Below are positions 34,490-43,114 of a stretch of 64,000 nucleotides of DNA, one piece after another. Origin of the DNA: an uncultured Opitutaceae bacterium. GTDB taxonomy: Bacteria > Verrucomicrobiota > Verrucomicrobiia > Opitutales > Opitutaceae. The stretch's first letter is position 1; each line of letters starts with the position of its first letter. The notes under the pieces are model-generated. The model saw only the letters and a program-made list of their open reading frames with translations. It was not told where the DNA came from and made no database searches. The stretch is from assembly GCA_903891325.1 (NCBI GenBank), contig CAITEC010000029.1, positions 539-64,538 on the forward strand, in the 5' to 3' direction. The position numbers were made by a program, and so were the translations under genes.

Positions 34490-35404
34490 GTGACCAGCTC
34501 AACCCCGAAGAGCTACTACCGGTATTTCCTGGCGGACTCGCGCGACCGCGACTGGGGCATCTACGCCACGTCGGCCGGTTACGTGGACATCGCGCCCGGC
34601 GAGCCCTATCCGCCCGCCGGCCACCCGAAGCGCTACGCCTTCGACTGGAAGGACGGCCGGGAGCTCGACGAGGTGCAGGTCCACTTCATCAGCCGGGGGC
34701 GCGGGATCTTCGAGTCGGCGAGGGATGGCGAGCGCCAGGCCGTCGAGGCCGGGAGCGCGTTCCTGGTATTCCCGCGGGTCTGGCACCGCTACGCCCCGCT
34801 TGAGCGCACGGGCTGGCTCGAGTACTGGATCGGATTCAAGGGGGACTATGCCGAACTCCTGCTCAAGAAGCGCTTCTTCAGCCCCGCCCGGCCGGTCGTG
34901 ACCCTTCCGGAGACAAGCGGCCTGCTCCGGCTTTTCACCGAGGCGGTCGCCTGCGTCCGCCACCACCCCTCGGGGGCGCCCCGGCTCCTCGGCTCGCTGG
35001 CGACCCGGGTGCTCGCGGAGATGGAGGCGGGTGCCTCGGCCGGGACGGCGGAGCCGGCGGAGAACCGCGCCGAGCGCATCATCGGGGAGGCCAAGTCGAT
35101 GCTCGGCCAGCACCTCGGCCAGGACTTCGAGCTGGAGTTCCTCGCCCGGAAGCTGAACGTGGGCTACCACTGGCTCCGGCGCGCGTTCAAGAGGGAGACG
35201 GGACAATCCCTGCACCAGTACCGGCTGCAGCTGAGGATCAACCACGCCAAGTACCTCCTCCAGCGCTCGGACGCGACGATCGGGCAGATCGCGGTGCGGA
35301 CCGGTTTTGAGAACCCGTATTATTTCTCACAGATCTTCAAGCGGAAGACCGCGAGCACCCCCTCCGGCTGGCGCCGCGCGCGCTCGCCGGTGATCCCGAT
35401 TTGA
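34490..35404 (+). CDS. AraC/XylS family transcriptional regulator
   Basis: C-terminal double HTH LRRAFKRETGQSLHQYRLQLRINHAKYLL ... IGQIAVRTGFENPYYFSQIFKRKTASTPSGWRR; cupin-like N-domain; divergent from the catabolic array. Confidence 0.9.
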   Translation: MTSSTPKSYYRYFLADSRDRDWGIYATSAGYVDIAPGEPYPPAGHPKRYAFDWKDGRELDEVQVHFISRGRGIFESARDGERQAVEAGSAFLVFPRVWHRYAPLERTGWLEYWIGFKGDYAELLLKKRFFSPARPVVTLPETSGLLRLFTEAVACVRHHPSGAPRLLGSLATRVLAEMEAGASAGTAEPAENRAERIIGEAKSMLGQHLGQDFELEFLARKLNVGYHWLRRAFKRETGQSLHQYRLQLRINHAKYLLQRSDATIGQIAVRTGFENPYYFSQIFKRKTASTPSGWRRARSPVIPI

Positions 35405-35409
35405 CCTTC

Positions 35410-35474
35410 GCTCAAAAAACTGAGGATTACGCTCACGGAGTGGATGGCCGTCCGGCGGTCGTTCGGCTACAACC
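35410..35474 (+). promoter_or_regulatory. conserved operator/promoter-like element, copy 2 (faces the ABC importer genes)
   Basis: GCTCAAAAAACTGAGGAttACGCTCAcgGAG, then tggATGG and TCGGCTACAACC at the same offsets as copy 1; starts 6 nt after the araC stop. Confidence 0.6.
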
Positions 35475-35481
35475 GTCCCTG

Positions 35482-36789
35482 TTGCCCCTTGCAAGAACCC
35501 TGTTGCTGGCGCTCTTTTGCGCGCTCGCGGGCGGCTGCCTCAAGCCGCCACCGCCGCCCGGCGTGACCCGGCTGCAGTTCTTCCTCATGGGATGGCCGCC
35601 GGACTCGTGGCTTGAGAAGGACATGATAGCGGAATTTGAGCGCGAGAACCCGGGGATCAAGGTGGACCTGACCCTGGTCAACCCCAACAGCTACAGCGAG
35701 CGGATGCAGACCCTGATCGTCGGCGGGATCGTGCCCGACGTGATGTTCGTGGACATCAACAATTATTACGAGTGGGCAGACCGGGGAATGCTCGTGGACA
35801 CGACGGACATCATGGAGGCGGCCGCCCGCGAGCAGCGGATGACCTACATGCCGATCGTCCCCGAGGAACTCCTCTACCACGGCCGCTACTTCGCGGTGCC
35901 CTACGACATGTGCGGGGTCATCCTCCAGATCAACCGCGACATCTTCCGGAAGGGCGGGGTTGATATTCCGCCCGCTGCAGGGGTCACCTGGGACTGGGTC
36001 TACCGGGTGGCGCCCAAGCTCTCGCGCCGCAGCGGCAATCCGGGCGCCCCCGGGGAGTTCTTCTGCTCGATGCCGGACATGGCGAGCCTGCTCTTCACCT
36101 TCGGCGGGGAGGTTTTTGACGATGACCGCAACCCGCACAAGGTCCTCGTCCGCAGCCCCCAGGTCGAGGAGATGTGCCGCTATGTCCGGAAGCTCGTTGC
36201 GACCCGGGCGGTGTTGAGCCGATCGGAGGCCACGACCGGGTCGAACATGAGCATGCAGACCCTGTACATTCGGGGCCAGGATGCCGCCCGGATCCACGGG
36301 CTCTGGGCCAAGCCGGGACAGTACGGCGTCCCGGTCGGCTTCGACTGGGACGTCCTGCCCTTTCCCTCCGGTCCGGGCGGACGGCGGGTGACGGCGAACG
36401 GCGCCTACCTGCTCGGCATTTCGTCCCGATCAAGGCAGATCGACGCCGCTCGGAAATTCCTCCGTTTTTACCTCAGCCCGCGGGGAATAGCGATCCACAC
36501 GGGCACGGGCGCGTTCAGCCCCGTCTTCCGCGAGCTCCTGGCGCGCCCGCCGGGCGCGCCACCGCCCGACCCGGTCCATCTCCGGTATTACAACGACACG
36601 ATGGAAAGCGGCATGTGCCGTCTCCCCGTCCGCGGGCCCGGGGTTGCCGAGCTGCGGCGGATCATCGACGGGCGGCTCGACCAGGTGTCTTCCGAGCCGG
36701 ACGTTCCGATCCCGGTCATCCTGAAGACACTCGAGGGTGAGATTTACCGCTGGCTCGAGCGGGAGAAGGAGGATGGATTTTACCAATGA
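35482..36789 (+). CDS. ABC transporter extracellular solute-binding lipoprotein (carbohydrate family 1)
   Basis: A TTG start at 35482 gives the lipoprotein signal MPLARTLLLALFCALAGG-C (GTG 35440 and TTG 35401 are alternatives, but they overlap the conserved element); family-1 SBP-like body. Confidence 0.8.
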   Translation: MPLARTLLLALFCALAGGCLKPPPPPGVTRLQFFLMGWPPDSWLEKDMIAEFERENPGIKVDLTLVNPNSYSERMQTLIVGGIVPDVMFVDINNYYEWADRGMLVDTTDIMEAAAREQRMTYMPIVPEELLYHGRYFAVPYDMCGVILQINRDIFRKGGVDIPPAAGVTWDWVYRVAPKLSRRSGNPGAPGEFFCSMPDMASLLFTFGGEVFDDDRNPHKVLVRSPQVEEMCRYVRKLVATRAVLSRSEATTGSNMSMQTLYIRGQDAARIHGLWAKPGQYGVPVGFDWDVLPFPSGPGGRRVTANGAYLLGISSRSRQIDAARKFLRFYLSPRGIAIHTGTGAFSPVFRELLARPPGAPPPDPVHLRYYNDTMESGMCRLPVRGPGVAELRRIIDGRLDQVSSEPDVPIPVILKTLEGEIYRWLEREKEDGFYQ

Positions 36790-37697
36790 AGCCCCGGAAA
36801 ATGCCCGGCGACCTCCGCCCGGCGGCGGCGTTCCTGCTGCCCAACATCATCGGCTTCGCCCTGTTTACCGCGGGCCCGGTCCTTGTCTCAATCTACCTGA
36901 GCTTCACCTCCTGGGACGCGCTCCGCCCGCCGCACTGGATCGGCCTGGGAAACTACGAGAGGCTCTTCGGCTTCCACGCCACACCCGAGGGCTGGAGGGC
37001 CGACGACGCCGAGTTCTGGCGCTATCTGGGCAACACGTTCTTCATGCTGCTCGTCCTCCCGCTGAACATCGCCGGCTCGCTCGCGCTTGCGCTCGTCCTC
37101 AACCAGCGCCTGCGCTTCCAGGCCTTCTACCGGCTCGTGTACTTCCTGCCGTCCATCCTCTACGGCGTTGCGATCTTCTTCCTGTGGAAGTACATGTTCG
37201 AGCCCAACTACGGGGTCTTCAACGCGCTCCTCGAGCGGGCCGGGCTCCCGCCGCTGCGCTGGCTCGAGGACGCGCGCATGGCCAAGCCGGCCCTGATCTT
37301 CATGATGCTCTGGCTGACGATCGGCGGGGCGAGCATGATTATCTACCTGGCCGCGCTCCAGACCGTCCCCGAGGAGCTGTACGAGGCGGCCCGGATGGAC
37401 GGGGCGGGGTGGTGGGCGCAGTTCCGGGTCGTCACCTGGCCCGCGCTGCGGCCGGCGACCTTCTTCATCTTCACGATGGGACTCATTGCGAACCTCCAGT
37501 GGAATTTCGACGTGGCCTACATCATGACCGACGGCGGCCCCTACGGGTCCACGACCACGCTCGTGTTCTACCTCTACCTGAAGGCCTATCGGTTCTTCGA
37601 GATGGGCTACGCCTCGGCGATCGCCTGGATCCTGTTTGCGCTGACCCTCGCGGTCACCGTCCTGGCGCGCCGAGGCGCCGGCGAGACCAACCTTTAG
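36786..37697 (+). CDS. carbohydrate ABC transporter permease (MalF/UgpA-like)
   Basis: ATGA overlap with the SBP gene; six hydrophobic helices; EAA loop EELYEAARMDGAGWWAQFRVVTWPALRP. Confidence 0.9.
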   Translation: MKPRKMPGDLRPAAAFLLPNIIGFALFTAGPVLVSIYLSFTSWDALRPPHWIGLGNYERLFGFHATPEGWRADDAEFWRYLGNTFFMLLVLPLNIAGSLALALVLNQRLRFQAFYRLVYFLPSILYGVAIFFLWKYMFEPNYGVFNALLERAGLPPLRWLEDARMAKPALIFMMLWLTIGGASMIIYLAALQTVPEELYEAARMDGAGWWAQFRVVTWPALRPATFFIFTMGLIANLQWNFDVAYIMTDGGPYGSTTTLVFYLYLKAYRFFEMGYASAIAWILFALTLAVTVLARRGAGETNL

Positions 37698-37706
37698 CCC
37701 AGCCCG

Positions 37707-38663
37707 ATGAAATTCACCGCCCGCACCCTCTGGCACATCCCGCTGCTGCTTTTCGCGGTGACGATGGTCGCCCCGCTCGCCCTCATGGTCACGACCTCCC
37801 TGGGAAGCGGCCACATCGCGCTGGCGCCCGGCGACCCGCTCTGGCGCATCTTCTGGCCCCGCGAATGGCGCTGGCACAACTTCGCGGATGTCTGGAGGGG
37901 CAATGTCGGCATCGACGCGAAGGTCCTCGCCCAGGTCGATTTTGTCCGGTACTACCTGAACAGCATCGTCGTCGCCCTCACGGTCACCGTTGGCAGCGTC
38001 TTTACAAGCGCCTGCGCGGCCTACGCCTTCGCCCGGCTCCGCTGGCCGGGCCGCGACAAGATATTCCTCGCCTACCTGGCGACGATGATGGTGCCCGCGC
38101 CGGTGACTCTCATCCCGCAATTCGCGCTGATGAAGCACCTGGCGGACTGGCTCGCGACCGCGGTGCCCTATGTGGACTGGTCGGGGCTGCGGTACCTCGG
38201 CTCCTCCGCCCACGCCCCGCTGGTCGGCCGGTTGGTCGGGCTCGACTCCTTCTTCGCCCTTATCGTACCGGGTCTCTTCTCGGCCTACGGCACCTTTCTC
38301 CTCCGCCAGTTCCTCCTGACGATCCCCCGGGAGCTGGACGAGGCGGCCCGGATCGACGGGGCCTCGCACTGGCAGACCTTTTCCCGCGTGATCCTTCCCC
38401 TGGCGCGGCCCGGCCTGGCCACGCTCGCGATCTTCACCTTCATGGGCTCCTGGAGCGCCGTCCTGTGGCCGGTGGTCGTGACGAACCTGGAGTCCATGTA
38501 CACGCTGCCGCTGGGGATGCAGGAGTTCCAATCGCAGGGCGGCACGCAGTGGAACCTGATGATGGGCGCCTCGCTCCTCGTCCTCCTGCCCGTGGTCGTC
38601 GTCTTCCTCATCGGCCAGCGCAGCTTCATCCGCGGGTTGACCATGGGCGCGGTCAAGGGATGA
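37707..38663 (+). CDS. carbohydrate ABC transporter permease (MalG/UgpE-like)
   Basis: EAA loop RELDEAARIDGASHWQTFSRVILPLARP. Confidence 0.9.
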   Translation: MKFTARTLWHIPLLLFAVTMVAPLALMVTTSLGSGHIALAPGDPLWRIFWPREWRWHNFADVWRGNVGIDAKVLAQVDFVRYYLNSIVVALTVTVGSVFTSACAAYAFARLRWPGRDKIFLAYLATMMVPAPVTLIPQFALMKHLADWLATAVPYVDWSGLRYLGSSAHAPLVGRLVGLDSFFALIVPGLFSAYGTFLLRQFLLTIPRELDEAARIDGASHWQTFSRVILPLARPGLATLAIFTFMGSWSAVLWPVVVTNLESMYTLPLGMQEFQSQGGTQWNLMMGASLLVLLPVVVVFLIGQRSFIRGLTMGAVKG

Positions 38664-38705
38664 GGATGTCCGTCCGCCGGCCGGGATTGGGTGATGGGTG
38701 AGATT

Positions 38706-38789
38706 GAGGGTGGAGCGGGACTCCGGGCACGCTGGTTTGAGTCAGAGTCGCTCAGCGCGCTCGGAGATCGCGCTCCACCTTCAGGCCTG
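38706..38789 (+). repeat. repeat family A, copy 1 (full length)
   Basis: gagggtggagcg ... tccgggcacgctggtt ... tcgctcagcgcgctcggagatcgcgctccaccttcaggcctg; terminal arms ggtggagcg / cgctccacc are inverted repeats. Confidence 0.85.
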
Positions 38790-38795
38790 TGGTGC

Positions 38796-38824
38796 TTGAC
38801 TTTTATGGTATCATATTGATACTG
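38796..38824 (+). promoter_or_regulatory. putative hicAB promoter with palindromic operator
   Basis: TTGACT at 38796-38801; GTATCA-TAT-TGATAC inverted repeat at 38808-38822 overlapping a GATACT -10-like hexamer (16-nt spacer). Confidence 0.4.
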
Positions 38825-38830
38825 CTTATC

Positions 38831-39025
38831 GTGCCGCGTAAAGTCCGTCAGTTGATTTCGGATCTTGAGCGCGCAGGTTTTGTCAATCGTGGTGGCAAAG
38901 GCAGTCATCGCAACCTGGAGCATCCGAAAGGGCTCCGGGTGACACTATCCGGCAAACTGGGAGACGATGCGCTGCACTACCAGGAGAAGCTAACCCGCAA
39001 AGCCATTCAGGAGTCCCGGAAATGA
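38831..39025 (+). CDS. hicA: type II toxin HicA (mRNA interferase)
   Basis: 64 aa from GTG 38831; KVRQLISDLERAGFVNRGGKGSHRNLEHP matches the HicA/YcfA GSH core; toxin-first order; lower GC. Confidence 0.8.
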   Translation: MPRKVRQLISDLERAGFVNRGGKGSHRNLEHPKGLRVTLSGKLGDDALHYQEKLTRKAIQESRK

Positions 39026-39375
39026 AAACCACTGCCGCCCAAATTGCTGAGGCCGCCAAGCAGTATATCAAAATCGTCGAATGGAGCGCCGAGGATCGCT
39101 GCTTTGTCGGCAGCGCTCCTCCTCTGGTCGGGCAAAGTTGCCATGGCGACACCGAGGCGGAGGTCCTGGCACAACTTCAGACCATTGTGGACGAATGGGT
39201 CCACCTATTGCTCACCGACGGCAAACCATTGCCCGCTTCCACCTCGAAACGGAAATTCAGTGGCAAATTTGTCGTGCGCCTATCCCCTGAAATTCATCGG
39301 AAAATAGCCCTCAAGGCGATGGCCCAGGGCGATAGCCTCAACCATTACGTAGCCGAGACATTGGATAGGGCTTAG
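39022..39375 (+). CDS. hicB: type II antitoxin HicB (N-terminal HicB fold + C-terminal RHH-like DNA-binding tail)
   Basis: ATGA overlap with hicA; YIKIVEWSAEDRCFVGSAP ... GDTEAEVLAQLQTIVDEW; C-terminal FSGKFVVRLSPEIHRKIALKAMAQGDSLNHYV. Confidence 0.8.
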   Translation: MKTTAAQIAEAAKQYIKIVEWSAEDRCFVGSAPPLVGQSCHGDTEAEVLAQLQTIVDEWVHLLLTDGKPLPASTSKRKFSGKFVVRLSPEIHRKIALKAMAQGDSLNHYVAETLDRA

Positions 39376-39460
39376 GGGCGGCAATTTTTGAGGGTCAGGT
39401 TGTAAATGTTGATCTGCGGGGCATTTTGGCTGGCATTGCGATTGCGTGGATGATCGTAAT

Positions 39461-39530
39461 TCCGGGCACGCTGGTTCGGGACTATGGTCGCTCAGCGCGC
39501 TCGGAGATCGCGCTCCACCTTCAGGCCTGG
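39461..39530 (+). repeat. repeat family A, copy 2 (left arm missing)
   Basis: tccgggcacgctggtt + divergent 11 nt + tcgctcagcgcgctcggagatcgcgctccaccttcaggcctg; 16-nt and 42-nt blocks identical to copy 1. Confidence 0.85.
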
Positions 39531-39544
39531 TTTCGAGTGGAAAG

Positions 39545-39745
39545 TCATTCCTCGCCGTCGTAGTAGTCGGCCTCCGTCATCCTGAACACCTTGCGGGCGG
39601 GCATCAGCGCCCACTTTCCCGAGTCGGGGTAGTGGGTGCTGTCCGCCGGCAGGGCATGTCGTCGATTCGGATGGTTTTCATAGGTGAAGAATTTGCGTTC
39701 GAAGACTGGCGGATCGCCCGTTTGGCTATCGAAACCGATCCCCAA
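39545..39745 (-). CDS. orphan small ORF (66 aa), unknown, possibly a gene remnant
   Basis: ATG-initiated ORF between repeat A2 and repeat B1, intermediate GC, no recognisable motif. Confidence 0.25.
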   Translation of the reverse strand: MGIGFDSQTGDPPVFERKFFTYENHPNRRHALPADSTHYPDSGKWALMPARKVFRMTEADYYDGEE

Positions 39746-39765
39746 TGTCTAACCTTTGGAGTTGT

Positions 39766-39868
39766 TCCGATGTAGCCGGGGTCCGAGACCCCGGATGCTT
39801 GGGGTCCTATTCTCGATCCCCGGCCCCTTCGGGGTCGGTCCGGGGTCTCGGACCCCGGCTACATCGGA
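39766..39868. mobile_element. repeat family B, copy 1: MITE-like element with 27-29-bp perfect terminal inverted repeats
   Basis: cgatgtagccggggtccgagaccccgg (39768-39794) is the exact reverse complement of 39840-39866; each arm also contains its own ccggggtc/gaccccgg hairpin. Confidence 0.8.
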
Positions 39869-40007
39869 CACGGCTATCGTCGATGGGGAGGATGCCATTG
39901 CGGGGAGTTCCGCCGGGCTCCGTCCGATGGGCCGAAAATCAGCGCTTTTTCCTGGCGCGAACGAATGTCGGCTGGACGGGGAAAACGGAATGGGCTTGGC
40001 TGGCGGG

Positions 40008-41147
40008 ATGACTTCGACCCCTCGGAGAGCTCGTTCCACCCCGGCCGGCTGGCACCTGCGAAACGACACCGTGCGGGCCTATCTCACCCGCGTCGGCGGG
40101 CAGCTCGGGCCGGTGTTCTTCCGCCTGGGCCGCCGCGAGGTGCAGCCCTTCTCGATCGCGCCCTGGCAGGGCGAGAAGCTCCCGGGGATCCCCGCCATGC
40201 TCCGGATCCTGCGGGGCGACTTCTTCTGCGCGCCCTTCGGGGGGAACGACACCCCCTTCCGGGGGGAGCGCCACCCGCCGCACGGCGAGACGGCGAACCG
40301 GGCCTGGACGCTCGCCGGGCGGAGCCGGGCGGGGGGCGCGTCCGGCCTCCACGCTGTCATGAAAACTCGGATACGGAAGGGCGTCGTGGACAAGCGGATC
40401 ACGCTCCGCGACGGCCACGCGGCGGTCTACTGCGAGCACGTCCTTTCCGGTTTCGAAGGCCCGATGTGCCTGGGCACACACCCGATGCTCCGCTTCCCGG
40501 ACATCGAGGGCTCCGGGATTGTCTCGGTGAGCGGGTTTACCCGGGGCTGGGTGGTGCCGGACCCGTGGGAGACCCCGGAGAAGCGCGGCTACCACGCCCT
40601 TCGCCTGGGCGCCGGTTTCACGTCCCTGCGGCGGGTGCCGGCCCGCGATGGCGGCACGGCCGACCTGAGCCGCTTCCCGGCGCGGCGCGGTTTCGAGGAC
40701 CTGGTCCTCCTGAAGGGGGATCCCTCGCAGCCCTTCGCCTGGAGCGCGGTTTCGTTTCCCGCCGAGGGCCACGTCTTTTTCTCGCTCAAGAACCCGCGGG
40801 TGCTCCGGCACACGGTGCTGTGGATCTCGAACGGGGGAAGGCACTACCCGCCGTGGAACGGCCGGCACGTGAATGTGCTCGGCCTGGAGGAGGTCACCTC
40901 CTTCTTTCACCTTGGGCTCGCGGAGTCCGCCGGGAGAAACCTGCTCAACCGGGCCGGGATTCCGACCGCGGAGAACCTCGATCCGCTCCACCCGACCCGC
41001 GTTGCGCATATCCTGGCGATGGCGGCGACGCCGCGGGGCTTTGGCGAAGTGGTCCGGATCGTGCCGAGCCCCGGGGGCGTGACGCTGGTGTCCCGCGAGG
41101 GGAAGCGCGTCTTCGCGCCGCTTGACCTTGAATTCGTCAGCCGCTGA
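40008..41147 (+). CDS. galactose-mutarotase-like (aldose 1-epimerase superfamily-like) protein
   Basis: GC3-biased ORF; FCAPFGGNDTPFRGERHPPHGETAN is reminiscent of mutarotase-fold sugar-binding proteins; the start is ATG 40008 or 39990 (track ORF is 5'-extended through repeat B). Confidence 0.6.
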   Translation: MTSTPRRARSTPAGWHLRNDTVRAYLTRVGGQLGPVFFRLGRREVQPFSIAPWQGEKLPGIPAMLRILRGDFFCAPFGGNDTPFRGERHPPHGETANRAWTLAGRSRAGGASGLHAVMKTRIRKGVVDKRITLRDGHAAVYCEHVLSGFEGPMCLGTHPMLRFPDIEGSGIVSVSGFTRGWVVPDPWETPEKRGYHALRLGAGFTSLRRVPARDGGTADLSRFPARRGFEDLVLLKGDPSQPFAWSAVSFPAEGHVFFSLKNPRVLRHTVLWISNGGRHYPPWNGRHVNVLGLEEVTSFFHLGLAESAGRNLLNRAGIPTAENLDPLHPTRVAHILAMAATPRGFGEVVRIVPSPGGVTLVSREGKRVFAPLDLEFVSR

Positions 41148-41161
41148 CACTTGGCCAACCC

Positions 41162-43114
41162 ATGAAGAATGCCCTGCCCCTGACCGGTGACTGGAAAGTG
41201 GTGTACGTCGAGCCCGGGCTCGGCCTGACCCCCGGGTGCTCGACGCGGCCCGTCGAGACTCGCTGGATCCCGGCGCAGGTTCCGGGCGACGTGCACCTGG
41301 ATTGCCAGAGGGCGGGGATCATCGGCGACCCCTTCTTCGGGCTGAACCACGACCACATCCGCTGGATGGAGGAGTGGGACTGGTGGTACCGGGTGGATGT
41401 GACTCCCCCGGTCCCGGCCGAGGGCCAGCGGCTCCACCTGCTCTTCGAGGGCCTCGACGTCTTCGCGACCGTTTACCTGAACGGCGTCAAGGTCGGGGAG
41501 AACAGCAACATGTTCACGCCGTTGCGGATCGATGTCACCGACCGGGTCCGGCCGGGATCCAACCGGCTGGAGGTCTGCCTCGGCGCGCCCGTGTTTCCCC
41601 CGGGCCGCTCCCACACGCCCGAGGTCCGCGGCTACGGCCCCCCGCTGCGGCTCCAGGTCCGCAAGTCCCAGTCCTGCTACGGGTGGAACATCTCCCCCCG
41701 CCTGGTCACGATCGGGATCTGGAAACCGGTTTCCTTCCTGCTCGTCGACGAGGTGGAAGTCGACGATGTGGCCGTGACCACGGTCTCGCTCCACGGCGGA
41801 ACCGCCGAACTGGAGGCGCTCGTCGAGCTCAGGCGCAACCATGGCGCGCCCGGTACGGTCGAGTGCGTCCTGAACGTGGCGGGGCAGGAGCGGCGGCTTG
41901 CGATCCCCGTCGGCGGCTCCGGCGGCCGGCATGTCGAGCGTTTCACCGTCACGCAGCCGAAACTGTGGTGGCCCCACAACCACGGCGGCCAGCCGCTCTA
42001 TGAGTGGAGCGCCGCGCTGCGCCGCCAGGGCCGCGACCTGGACCGGCGCACCGGCCGCTTCGGCATCCGGACAATCGCCCTCATCCAGGAGCCGACCGGC
42101 GACGGGGGAATCTCCTTCATCGTGGCGGTCAACGGCCGCCCCATCTTCCTTAAGGGGATGAACTGGACGCCGGCCGACGCGATGTTCTGCCGCGTGACCG
42201 ACGCCCGCTACCGCGAGCTGGTCTCCGCGGCCAAGGGCGCCAACATCAACGCCATGCGGGTGTGGGGCGGGGGGGTCTACGAGCGCGACTCCTTCTACGA
42301 TCTGTGCGACGAGCTGGGAATCCTGCTGACCCACGACTTCATGTTCGCCTGCGGCTGCTATCCCCAGGACCTCGCCTTCCTCGACGAGGCCCAGCGCGAG
42401 GCCGTGCACCAGGTGCGGCGGCTCCGGAACCACCCCTCCATGGCCGCCTGGTTCGGCGACAACGAGAACGATGTCCTGGCCGACAACAGCTTCAACTACC
42501 CGAATTACCGGTTCAACCGGCTCAGCAAGGAGGTCCTGGCCTCCGTGGTCCGCGAGCACGCCCCGCTCACGCCCTACGTTCCGACCTCGCCGTATTCGCC
42601 GCTCACCTACGACCAGAATTCCCCGCTGGAGGGCGACTGCCACATCTGGGGTCACGGCTGGTCCTACAAGTCCGACTTCTACGTAAAGCAGCGGCCGCGG
42701 ATGGTGACGGAGATCGGCCACCTGGGGATGCCGCCGATGGAGGTGGTGGAGGCCTTCACGAGCCCGGAAAACCGCTGGCCGATCTGGAACCCGGAGTTCC
42801 TGACGCACGGCGCCGACTGCGCGCGCCTGGACATGGAGGGCCGGTTCCGGACCTTCTGGGACAGCATCAAGGCGCGGGGATGGGAGGAGCCCTCATCGCT
42901 GGAGGACCTGATCGCGAAGACCCAGAAGCTGCAGGCCGAGGCGACGAAGTTCTGGGTGGAGTTCTACGGCAACCAGCCGGAGTGCTGGGGGATCTTCCTG
43001 TGGAACCTCGCGGACAGCTGGCCCCAGATGTCCGACGCCTACATCGCCTATCCCTTTCACCCCAAGCCGGCCTTCGCGGCCGTCAAGGAGGCCTACGGCG
43101 CCCTGAAGAGATGA
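41162..43114 (+). CDS. glycoside hydrolase family 2 (beta-mannosidase / exo-glucosaminidase-like)
   Basis: DWWYRVDV, LLFEGLDVFATVYLNGVKVGENSNMF, NAMRVWGGGVYE; no signal peptide. Confidence 0.85.
   Translation: MKNALPLTGDWKVVYVEPGLGLTPGCSTRPVETRWIPAQVPGDVHLDCQRAGIIGDPFFGLNHDHIRWMEEWDWWYRVDVTPPVPAEGQRLHLLFEGLDVFATVYLNGVKVGENSNMFTPLRIDVTDRVRPGSNRLEVCLGAPVFPPGRSHTPEVRGYGPPLRLQVRKSQSCYGWNISPRLVTIGIWKPVSFLLVDEVEVDDVAVTTVSLHGGTAELEALVELRRNHGAPGTVECVLNVAGQERRLAIPVGGSGGRHVERFTVTQPKLWWPHNHGGQPLYEWSAALRRQGRDLDRRTGRFGIRTIALIQEPTGDGGISFIVAVNGRPIFLKGMNWTPADAMFCRVTDARYRELVSAAKGANINAMRVWGGGVYERDSFYDLCDELGILLTHDFMFACGCYPQDLAFLDEAQREAVHQVRRLRNHPSMAAWFGDNENDVLADNSFNYPNYRFNRLSKEVLASVVREHAPLTPYVPTSPYSPLTYDQNSPLEGDCHIWGHGWSYKSDFYVKQRPRMVTEIGHLGMPPMEVVEAFTSPENRWPIWNPEFLTHGADCARLDMEGRFRTFWDSIKARGWEEPSSLEDLIAKTQKLQAEATKFWVEFYGNQPECWGIFLWNLADSWPQMSDAYIAYPFHPKPAFAAVKEAYGALKR

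Noticed and set aside
38706-39530. Repeat A copies as integron attC sites flanking a hicAB gene cassette
   Set aside because: No integrase or attI is present in the window, and the repeat ends do not resemble the RYYYAAC/GTTRRRY core sites. This remains only a remote possibility.
39446-39775. Track ORFs 39446-39775 and 62558-62794 sharing the peptide LSALGDRAPP, as a possible conserved small protein
   Set aside because: The shared peptide is just the translation of repeat family A. The rest of the two ORFs is unrelated and has poor coding character.
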